Source: Rectinemataceae bacterium (GTDB lineage: Bacteria; Spirochaetota; Spirochaetia; Treponematales; Rectinemataceae). Taken from it: a stretch of 64,000 bases of DNA. The stretch covers positions 4,764 through 68,763 of the forward strand of contig DATMZF010000029.1 of assembly GCA_035560555.1 (NCBI GenBank), read 5' to 3'. Positions 55,181 through 62,599 of this stretch are shown in pieces. The notes under the pieces were generated by a model that saw only the letters and a list, made by a program, of their open reading frames with translations, made no database searches and was not told the DNA's origin. The position numbers were made by a program, and so were the translations under genes. Position 1 is the first letter of the stretch, and every line of letters starts with the position of its first letter.

Positions 55181-56680
55181 TTACTTGTAGACGGAAACCT
55201 TGGCCATCTCCACCTGCTGCATCGGATCGCAAACCCAGCCTTCCACCCTGTCGCTCAGGCCGTAAATGACGGGCGTAAAGGCGAAGGGAACGGTGTAGCG
55301 GATATCCCAGAGGTAATCCTGGATCTCAGCATAGGCCGCCGCGCGTTTCTTGCTGTCGTAGATGGTCTTGGCGGCCGCGAGCTTCTTGTCGATCCAGGGA
55401 TCATTCGGCTCGAGGCGTTCGCCGAAGGCGGAATCGTAGATGATGAGGATGTTGGACGGCTCGTTGACGTTGCCCGCCCTCATGCCCGCCTGGAACTTGT
55501 TGCCCTGCGCGGTGTAGGTGGAAGCCGTCATCTGGAAGATCTTCACTTTCACGCCGACGGCAGCCCACATGTTCTGGATGATGGACGCGAGCCTGATGTC
55601 GGCTTCGCGGTTTTCGAGCAGGAAGTTCATGGTGAAGCCATCGGGATAGCCGGCCTTCGCGAGGAGTTCCTTGGCCTTGACCGGGTCGTAGGGCAGGATG
55701 CCCTTGTTCTTGAAGGCGAAGACGGTGGGCGGATACAGGCCGTTGGCCACGGTGGCCGTCCCTTCATACACCGCGTCCACAAGGGCGACCTTGTCGATGG
55801 CATAGGACAGGGCGTACCTGATGTCTTTGTTGCTGAGGAGCTTGTCCTTCATGCTGAAGGTGAGGGTCATGTAGCGGCTGGAATCGCCCATGAGGATGTG
55901 GGCGCCCTTCAGGCTCTTCACTCGCTTGACGTCGTTGGCGGCGACATCGAAGATAGCGTCAACGCCGCCGGTCTCCAGTTCGATGACGCGGTTGGCGGCT
56001 TCGGGAATGATGGAATAGATCACGTTCTTCGTGATCGCTTTTTCTCCCCAGTATTCCTCGTTGCGCACGAGCGCGATCTCGGAACCCGATTTCCACGAAG
56101 CGAGCTTGTAGGGGCCGGTTCCGACGGGATTGCGGGCAAAAGCGTCGGCGCCCATCCGCTCGACGGCGGCCTTGGACACGATGGCGCCGCGTCCCGTGGT
56201 CAGGGTGTTGAAGATCGCCGCGTAGGGAGTCTTGAACTTGATCCTGATGGTATAGGGATCCACGATCACGGTGTTGTCGGTATCGAAGGGAGCGAAGGTG
56301 GAAGCGCTGATGGAGTTGGCCTTTCCGCGCTTAAAGGTGAAAAGAACGTCCTCGGCGGTGAATTTCCCGCCGTCGTGGAACTTGACGTCCTTGCGAAGCT
56401 TCATTTCCAGGGTAAGGTCGTCGAGGAATTTCCACTCGGTGGCGAGGCGGGGATGCACCACGCCTTCGGCATCCTCATAGACGAGCTTGTCGAAAATGTT
56501 CAGCTGGACCATCCAATTGCTGACAAAATTGGATGCCTGGGGATCCATGGTCTTCAGGTCTTCCCATGTCGCCACCCTCAGGGTATCCTTGAGCTTCCTG
56601 CCTGTGTTGTCCGCCGCGCCGACGGTCACGGCGAGCAGCAGCGCGATGGCCATGGCCATCAAGATTACCTTTCTCTTCAT
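55181..56680 (-). CDS. ABC transporter substrate-binding protein, family 5
   Basis: The signal peptide is MKRKVILMAMAIALLLAVTVGAA. Length and motifs are typical of the family (DVKFHDGGKFTAEDV, GTGPYKLASW). Confidence 0.9.
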   Translation of the reverse strand: MKRKVILMAMAIALLLAVTVGAADNTGRKLKDTLRVATWEDLKTMDPQASNFVSNWMVQLNIFDKLVYEDAEGVVHPRLATEWKFLDDLTLEMKLRKDVKFHDGGKFTAEDVLFTFKRGKANSISASTFAPFDTDNTVIVDPYTIRIKFKTPYAAIFNTLTTGRGAIVSKAAVERMGADAFARNPVGTGPYKLASWKSGSEIALVRNEEYWGEKAITKNVIYSIIPEAANRVIELETGGVDAIFDVAANDVKRVKSLKGAHILMGDSSRYMTLTFSMKDKLLSNKDIRYALSYAIDKVALVDAVYEGTATVANGLYPPTVFAFKNKGILPYDPVKAKELLAKAGYPDGFTMNFLLENREADIRLASIIQNMWAAVGVKVKIFQMTASTYTAQGNKFQAGMRAGNVNEPSNILIIYDSAFGERLEPNDPWIDKKLAAAKTIYDSKKRAAAYAEIQDYLWDIRYTVPFAFTPVIYGLSDRVEGWVCDPMQQVEMAKVSVYK

Positions 56681-56711
56681 GTTTCCTGGGTCTCCTTTCC
56701 AAAAATTTGGT

Positions 56712-57464
56712 CTATGCCTTGAGCTCTATCTTGAATTCATACGCCATATAGGCGGCGATCCGGTCCACGCATTTTTCGATGAGCGCCTTCCCTTTTTCGG
56801 CCGTCGCGATCGTGGCGTCGCCGACGGTCGCGTTGGGAGTCTTGGCGCTCAAAGGGATATAGCGGATTACGTCGGTGAAGTCTTGGTAGAATTCGGAAGG
56901 AGGCTGGATCCTCGTGGCCTTGGACATGTCCACCAGGTCGGGCCGTAGATAGAGCATGACCGAAGTGCCGCATTCGCTCGCGTGGCCGTGAGCCATGTGT
57001 CCTTTCAGCTCGAAGATGTCGTTGCCGTTGGCGGCGGCGAAGCGCCACCAGTCGATCTGGCCGCATTTCACCTTGCGCTCTCTCTGGTAGCGCCTGGCCA
57101 GATAGTTCACCATGTCCACGTTGCCCGCGTGGCCGTTTATGAACATGAGGTTCTTGAATCCGTAGTCCATGAGGGCGGCGCACAGATCATCCATGGCCGC
57201 TTCATAGGTGGATTTCCGCAGCGTGAGGGTGCCCGGGTAATCCAGGAGCATCGAGGAGTCGCCCATTCCGATGGTGGGCGCCACGAGAGCGCCCGTCTTT
57301 TCCGCTATGCGGAGCGCGAGCGCCTCGGCGACGATGGTATCGGATCCCATCGGCAGGTGGGGCCCGTATATCTCCACCGCGCCGGTAGGGATTATCACCG
57401 TCTCCGTCATTTTCCTGCGCTCGTCGAAGACCGTCCAGCTCATCTCTTCTATCTTATAGGTCAT
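56712..57464 (-). CDS. Creatininase-family amidohydrolase
   Basis: Start at ATG 57464 (AAGGAG upstream). Motifs IIPTGAVEIYGPHLPMGSDT, GMGDSS, PGTLTL, INGHAGN and GHASE are typical of the creatininase/MftE/ArfB fold. Confidence 0.8.
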   Translation of the reverse strand: MTYKIEEMSWTVFDERRKMTETVIIPTGAVEIYGPHLPMGSDTIVAEALALRIAEKTGALVAPTIGMGDSSMLLDYPGTLTLRKSTYEAAMDDLCAALMDYGFKNLMFINGHAGNVDMVNYLARRYQRERKVKCGQIDWWRFAAANGNDIFELKGHMAHGHASECGTSVMLYLRPDLVDMSKATRIQPPSEFYQDFTDVIRYIPLSAKTPNATVGDATIATAEKGKALIEKCVDRIAAYMAYEFKIELKA

Positions 57465-57660
57465 ACGATCGCTCCTTGGTGGTATTGGACTCATGTATCG
57501 CGCGTTCGCCGAAACAGCCCGCGGTTAGCCGGACGCTTCTCCGAACGCCTTACAGGCGAAAAAGCGCTTCCATCACCCGAAACATATACTGTAAATATAT
57601 GCAGAGGGAGAATAATGTGCATGCGAAGGATGCTTCTGCCTGCCTCAGCGAATTTCAACC

Positions 57661-57688
57661 AGTATAATCTGAAAATTCCATATGTCAA
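57661..57688 (-). promoter_or_regulatory. Possible sigma70-like promoter for the creatininase/ABC operon
   Basis: On the minus strand: TTGACA (57688-57683), a 16-nt spacer, then TATACT (57666-57661). It implies a leader of about 190 nt. Confidence 0.35.
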
Positions 57689-57914
57689 TTAATAGTTCAC
57701 TAAAATGTTCATTTGTTATTTATGGGTTTATGGTACCTAATAATGACTATTTATGCACTTTGCGCGCCGGCTCGAATGGACATGAACCCTGTCAACGCGA
57801 TTATCGTCTCGCTTCCATCGAGGGTTACGAGAAAATCCTGGCGGGAAAACAACGGATCGCCGTGAAAATCGTCACGAATTCGTAAAAAAAATGACGATAA
57901 GCCGAGTATATACC

Positions 57915-57942
57915 TTGACACGGCTATTTATTGTTTTAAATT
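57915..57942 (+). promoter_or_regulatory. Possible promoter of the RRM-protein gene
   Basis: TTGACA (57915-57920), a 16-nt spacer, then TAAATT (57937-57942). A better -10 (TACAAT, 57948-57953) is spaced too far from the -35. Confidence 0.3.
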
Positions 57943-58063
57943 CGTGCTACAATGCCCTTAACTTAAGAATGGATGTGAAAAGATCCATTGTTCAGCATAT
58001 CTACGCTTACCGTGGATACAGGTTTTAGATGCCCGATGCAACGCTTCGGGTGGAGGATTTATT

Positions 58064-58336
58064 TTGGGCAAGAAAATTTATGTCGGGAATCTGAGCTACA
58101 ATACTTCTGAAGACAGCCTTCGCAATCTTTTTCAGACCTATGGCACCGTCGCTTCGGCGAAAATCATCTCTGACCGGGACACCGGCGTTTCCAAAGGTTT
58201 CGGCTTTGTGGAAATGGGTTCGGACAATGAGGCGAGCGCCGCTATCAACGGCACCAACGGTATCGACCTCGATGGCCGCCAGATCAAAGTCAATGAAGCC
58301 ATGGACAAGCCCCGCCGCAGCAACGATCGCTACTAA
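58064..58336 (+). CDS. RNA-binding protein with a single RRM (RNP-type) domain
   Basis: RNP-2 is KIYVGNL and RNP-1 is KGFGFVEM, at canonical spacing. The protein is 90 aa. GGAGG lies upstream and the start appears to be TTG. Confidence 0.85.
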   Translation: MGKKIYVGNLSYNTSEDSLRNLFQTYGTVASAKIISDRDTGVSKGFGFVEMGSDNEASAAINGTNGIDLDGRQIKVNEAMDKPRRSNDRY

Positions 58337-58363
58337 GACTTCCAAAGTCTTAGCGCTGTGAAG

Positions 58364-58395
58364 AAAGCCGCCCCGCGAAGGGCGGCTTTTTATTT
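58364..58395 (+). terminator. Rho-independent terminator
   Basis: AAAGCCGCCC-cgcgaa-GGGCGGCTTT forms a 10-bp stem, followed by TTATTT. Confidence 0.75.
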
Positions 58396-58424
58396 ATGGA
58401 AATCCGTCTCGATCCCCGTCCTCG

Positions 58425-58709
58425 CTACCGGTTATATCCGACGTTTGGATTCGTGGAATTGAATATCCTGATATGCTCCGCTTCCATTCTATTGACCTCT
58501 GACTCATCGGCCGTATCAGATTCCCAAAGGATCTCTTTCTTCATGATGAAGTAAGGACTCCTGACACTCTTGTAATCGGCCATGACAAAATGAGAATCGA
58601 TGCTTCCAGAATTGGTCAGCGTTCACGTCAAATCTTTCCCGATAAAAATCTTATTGTTCGGGAACGTGATTTTAAAATCTGTTTCATGCCACTTCTCCTT
58701 AAACGCCAT
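58425..58709 (-). pseudogene. 94-codon reading frame interrupted by one in-frame TGA (low-GC pocket)
   Basis: On the minus strand, ATG at 58709 gives MAFKEKWHETDFKITFPNNKIFIGKDLT, then TGA (58625-58623). The same frame continues TLTNSGSIDSHFVMADYKSVRSPYFIMKKEILWESDTADESEVNRMEAEHIRIFNSTNPNVGYNR to TAG (58427-58425). GC content is clearly below the window average. Confidence 0.4.
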
Positions 58710-58753
58710 TCAGGCTAGATCTTCCACCAACCTGCAGCCGATGCCGATTTCCG

Positions 58754-59086
58754 TCAGTATATAGAGCGGACAAGAGCGAGATGCGCTTCCTTCCCGTCGA
58801 CGGTCACGGCGCGACGCTCGAGCAGATGGTCCAGCACATCGGCTTCGATTCCCCCGTCATCGGCTACCGAAAACTCGATGGCGCCTTGTTTCCGCTCGAC
58901 CTTCACCACGATATGGCAATCGCTCCTCGGGTGTTCGATGGCGTTGCCGAGAAGATTTATCAGCACTTGGATGATGAGCTGTCCATCCTGTCGGAGGAGC
59001 AGGATCCCCTCCGACAGAACAAAGGAGAGGCGTCGAACCAGCCCAACCCGGCGATACGGTAGGGGATGGCGCTTGAAGCGATACAT
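58754..59086 (-). pseudogene. Remnant of a sensor histidine kinase ATPase domain
   Basis: It contains an N-box (QVLINLLGNAIEH) and a degenerate G1 box (SVADDGGI). The G2 region is corrupted (GKEAHLALVRSI), and there is no HisKA or sensor domain upstream. Confidence 0.55.
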
Positions 59087-59196
59087 TCCCTGTAGGCGGC
59101 CAGAATCGCGAGAACGACGCTGGCGCCGCCGAAGAGGAACATGATGCTTCTGAACGCGAGGGCGAAGGCCGCGACGATGACGACCGAGTCCTAGTG

Positions 59197-59433
59197 CTAC
59201 CGGAGCTGGCTTCTGTTCTTGCCTTTGATGAACAGGAGGATGAGGTATCCAATCGTTATGCTCGCGACGCCCGGGGCGATGAAATCGACGGCGTAGGATA
59301 TCTCTTCCGGAAACGCCAGCAGAAACAGGAGTGGAAGCAGGACGACGGCGCCCGCCGCCATCGCCGCCGCGCCGAGATAGCCCGCGACAAGTTGATACCC
59401 TTCGGCCTTTGTGCCGGATAATTGGAAGTTCAT
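59197..59433 (-). pseudogene. Truncated membrane-protein gene fragment (TrkH/KtrB-like N-terminus?)
   Basis: The 78 codons encode two hydrophobic helices (VVLLPLLFLLAFPEE resembles the first TrkH helix). The ORF then stops. Further hydrophobic coding potential continues in another frame (58960..59142). Confidence 0.3.
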
Positions 59434-59533
59434 GAGTGTCCGACGCTTACTTTAGCGAGGGCGATATAAAGATGGTGGAGGTTTTTTGAGGCCCGCCGTA
59501 AATTTTATATAAAGAAAGGAGCGCCGTTCCCCG

Positions 59534-61774
59534 CTAGACGACGACGAGACCGGCCGAAAGTAGCTCGGCCATGGACTCTGTCGGCAGGGCGAGCTCGGCT
59601 TCCAGATCGGCGTATAGTCTTCCCCGCATGGAGAGGGGCGGGGAAGAGAGGGCCGCGGAGGTCGCCTTCGCGACGTCGAGAGGAAGCTCCAGGGATCGCA
59701 TTTCTCCGCGATAGACCCAGGCCAGACGCGCCGCGTCTGGCCCCGCATCCCGCCCCGCGGCTTTCACCATCGGAAGGCCCGCTATCCAATGCGTGTTCGC
59801 CTTGGGGGCGGGTCGTTCCGCGTCGAGGGCTTCCTCGGCCGAAGCGATGAGCGTTTCCGCGAGGTCGGGGGAGATGGATGGCTTGGGAAGGCCTCTGCCT
59901 AGCCAGGTCGATACGGGCATGTCCAGCCCGTTGCCCTCCATCCAGGAGGAGAGGGCAGCCGCGAGGGGCGCGTCGAAGCGGTCGAAGGCTTCCTCCCCCG
60001 CGAAGGACAGGTCGTTGTTGGCGAAACGCCAGGGCTTGTCCGAAGGCTTGAGCGTCTGCCGCTTTCCGTCCCGCCACTCCCTGTACATGCGCGAATGTCT
60101 CGTGAGCACGAAGCGATGCCAGAAGGCGGAATCCACGAGGCCCGAGGCGAAGAGCTGGCGGCAGAACTCCGCCGAGTCGACGATGTCGCCGACCGGCTGT
60201 CCCGGAAAACCGTAGATCAGGTAGGTATGCACAAGGAGGCCGGCCCGCCTCATCGCGACGAGGGTCCGGACGAGGCTCGCCAGGTCGAAGCCCTTGTCGG
60301 TCATGCGGAGTCCGCGCTCGGTCGCGATCTCGATCCCGCCCGAAACGGCGACGAGGCCCGACGCGGCCAGGAATTCGCAGCGCCCCTGGGTCCACGAGGC
60401 GTCGAAGCGGACATTCCCCCAGTAGGAGAAGGGTCGATCGCCTCCCGAAGCGCGCGCGCGGTTGGCGCGGGCGAAGTCGAGGAGGGAGGCCATGGGCATG
60501 GCCTCGTCCACGAAGTGTATGCCGTAGAGGCCGCTGCGCGCGCTTGCATCGCCGGCAGCGGTGAGCAGGGCTTGGGTGCTGGAGCGCACGAAGTCCGAGA
60601 CATACTCGAGTTCAGTGTCGCAGAAGGAGCAGCGCCGCCAGTAACAGCCGTGCGCGAGGCTGTATTTGAGCCATGGAGTATCCGACCAGAGCCGGTGCAT
60701 CGGGTTCTCGGAGTCGACGATCCGCAGATAGGCGCCGAAATCGACGCTGCGGAAATCGGGGAATACCGTGGCGATGGCCTCGCGTTCCAGAAGCCTGTAT
60801 TTCTCCTCCGACGCGCCGTCGTTGAAAAGGACATCATCGCCGCGGCGCGTCATGGTTTTGTAGGGCGCCGGAACCTGATCGATGATGGAAGCGAGGCTCC
60901 CGTAGCCCGCGTCGAAGGAAAGATAGTCGCAGAAGTCGAAAATTCCCGTATCGCGGAGGCCGCGCAGTTCCGTGGAGACATAGCCGCCGCCGAAGACGAT
61001 GCGCGGGCTCGGGCCATGAGCGCCGAAAATCCCTCGCGCGACCCGCGCGCAGGCCAGCGCTCCGATGAGGCAGCCGGGGAAAGGTATGGTAATGAGGATG
61101 AGATCGATGGGTTCCCGGGACGTCTCGGCCGCGCGCGCCGCCCAGAACTCTTCGAGCATCGGTATATAGAACTCGTTTATAAGCCACGACGAATCGAGCG
61201 CGCGGCGCACCTCGCCGAAATCGGCGCGGCTGGAGGCGAGGCGCTCGGCGTAGCGCACCGTGCCGAAATCAGGATCGAGCGCGTGGGCGATGAAGTCCCC
61301 CAGGTCGTCGAGAATGCGGGTCGCGAGCGAGCGGGCCTCGTCGGGACCTATCCGCCCGTCGCGCTCATCCAGGAAAGCCTGAGCCCGCGCGCCCTGAGGC
61401 AGTTCGACCGCCGATGCTAGGCGATGCGCCATGGCGGGATCGCTTCCCGAGAGAAAGCTCGTTATTCCATCGATCCATTCGATGTATAGCCTTTCATAGG
61501 AAAGGTAGCGCTCGACCTGCGTCCTCGAGTTTTCGCTCTCCGGGGCTGTCTGGGCCGCGAGAGCCGCGCGCGCGTCGGCGAACACTTTCGTCAACCCCTT
61601 TCTCGAAAAGACGCGGCGGTAGAGATCGATCGAATGGTCATAGGAAACGGTCGACGCGCCTCGGCCGCGGAGAAAGGCTTCGAGGTAATGAACCGCCGGA
61701 TAGGGCGCGTTGAGCTGGGTAAAGGGCGGCTGGACCAGGATGGCTTTCATTTTTTCCGACCTTGTATGGCTCAT
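59534..61774 (-). CDS. Radical SAM protein with a cobalamin-binding-domain-like N-terminus and a long C-terminal extension
   Basis: I trimmed the track ORF (start 62026) to ATG 61774, which overlaps the upstream stop (ATGA). ATG 61750 (MKAILVQPPF...) is an alternative. The N-terminus is typical of class-B radical SAM enzymes. The Cys cluster is HGCYWRRCSFCD. VSGGIEIATE and HTYLIYGFPGQ resemble radical SAM core strands. About 250 aa at the C-terminus are unassigned. Confidence 0.75.
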   Translation of the reverse strand: MSHTRSEKMKAILVQPPFTQLNAPYPAVHYLEAFLRGRGASTVSYDHSIDLYRRVFSRKGLTKVFADARAALAAQTAPESENSRTQVERYLSYERLYIEWIDGITSFLSGSDPAMAHRLASAVELPQGARAQAFLDERDGRIGPDEARSLATRILDDLGDFIAHALDPDFGTVRYAERLASSRADFGEVRRALDSSWLINEFYIPMLEEFWAARAAETSREPIDLILITIPFPGCLIGALACARVARGIFGAHGPSPRIVFGGGYVSTELRGLRDTGIFDFCDYLSFDAGYGSLASIIDQVPAPYKTMTRRGDDVLFNDGASEEKYRLLEREAIATVFPDFRSVDFGAYLRIVDSENPMHRLWSDTPWLKYSLAHGCYWRRCSFCDTELEYVSDFVRSSTQALLTAAGDASARSGLYGIHFVDEAMPMASLLDFARANRARASGGDRPFSYWGNVRFDASWTQGRCEFLAASGLVAVSGGIEIATERGLRMTDKGFDLASLVRTLVAMRRAGLLVHTYLIYGFPGQPVGDIVDSAEFCRQLFASGLVDSAFWHRFVLTRHSRMYREWRDGKRQTLKPSDKPWRFANNDLSFAGEEAFDRFDAPLAAALSSWMEGNGLDMPVSTWLGRGLPKPSISPDLAETLIASAEEALDAERPAPKANTHWIAGLPMVKAAGRDAGPDAARLAWVYRGEMRSLELPLDVAKATSAALSSPPLSMRGRLYADLEAELALPTESMAELLSAGLVVV

Positions 61775-62427
61775 CGCAGGGCCGCGATGCCGAAACCAGC
61801 GAGGCAGAGCTCCGCGATTTTCCCCACATAGACGGCGCGGTTTTCCGGAAGGAAATCCTTGTCGCGGAAGCCGGCGACGGCGCTGGGTTCGGTTCCCGAT
61901 TCTTTCGCCATGGCCGCGACGATCTTGTCGGGCTCCGTATCGCCCGAAACCGTCACGAAGGCGGCGGCGGGGAGCTTTCCGAGCCTGAGCCAGGAGCGCA
62001 CCGGCGGACAGAGGTTCCAGGACCATACCGGCGTGAGCACGATCACCCTGTCATAGGCGGAAGGATCCCGAAGGGGAGAAACGATGGGACTCGCGATTTT
62101 GAAGGTTGCCTGATACCCGGAGCGCATGAAGTTGAACAGTCCCGTAGATCGGGTCTTTTTCTCGACGATAGGCTCCATATCGGCGCCAAAAAGAATGCCG
62201 AAGTCCTCGGCCACGCGCCTGGTCGCCGCGCCTTGAGAAAAGTAGACGACGAGTGTCCGCGTTCCGTCGCCGACGGGCTTGAGCGAGTCCGTTATCGCGG
62301 GCATTTCCTTTCCGGACGCGCTCGGGCTCGATACGACATCAGCGGATCCGCTCTTAGCTCCTGACGCGCATCCACTAGCGGCGGCGAGCGTCGCCAAAAG
62401 CAATACGACAATATTCGCTTTTCTCAT
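61771..62427 (-). CDS. Flavodoxin-fold protein (Flavodoxin_4-like) with a possible lipoprotein signal
   Basis: The flavodoxin core is TLVVYFSQGAATRRVAE...YDRVIVLTPVWSWNLCPPVRSWL...FVTVSGD. Starting at ATG 62427 gives MRKANIVVLLLATLAAASGC (lipobox). An alternative ATG at 62304 would give a signal-less protein. Confidence 0.6.
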   Translation of the reverse strand: MRKANIVVLLLATLAAASGCASGAKSGSADVVSSPSASGKEMPAITDSLKPVGDGTRTLVVYFSQGAATRRVAEDFGILFGADMEPIVEKKTRSTGLFNFMRSGYQATFKIASPIVSPLRDPSAYDRVIVLTPVWSWNLCPPVRSWLRLGKLPAAAFVTVSGDTEPDKIVAAMAKESGTEPSAVAGFRDKDFLPENRAVYVGKIAELCLAGFGIAALR

Positions 62428-62599
62428 GATTATCCTTCCGTTGATCGGATGCGCGGCGGGCACCAGCCCGCGCCGACAGCGTACGCCCAAAGCCGCGGGC
62501 TTTCAAGGCAAGCGCTTGAGAGAACGGGCTTCGGTTGACTTTGCTTCTATATATTGTATCATGCATTTACGGCAATATCTGTAAGCGATCGGGGGCAGC

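Noticed and set aside
57562-57569. AAGCGCTT palindrome as a LacI operator for the creatininase/ABC operon
   Set aside because: Only 8 bp are symmetric and the flanks do not extend the dyad. It is too weak to call an operator.
57682-57885. 67-aa ORF in the AT-rich spacer before the RRM gene
   Set aside because: It has no ribosome-binding site or motifs, and it lies in the lowest-GC, presumably regulatory, DNA. It is probably non-coding, although a small protein cannot be excluded.
60095-61420. 441-aa plus-strand ORF inside the radical SAM gene
   Set aside because: It is antisense to the radical SAM coding frame, which has the Cys cluster and core motifs. The composition is typical of an artefact.
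61775-62026. N-terminal 84 codons of the 830-aa radical SAM ORF
   Set aside because: This part overlaps the flavodoxin-fold gene in another frame and is Arg-rich. The conserved class-B-like N-terminus begins at 61750-61774.
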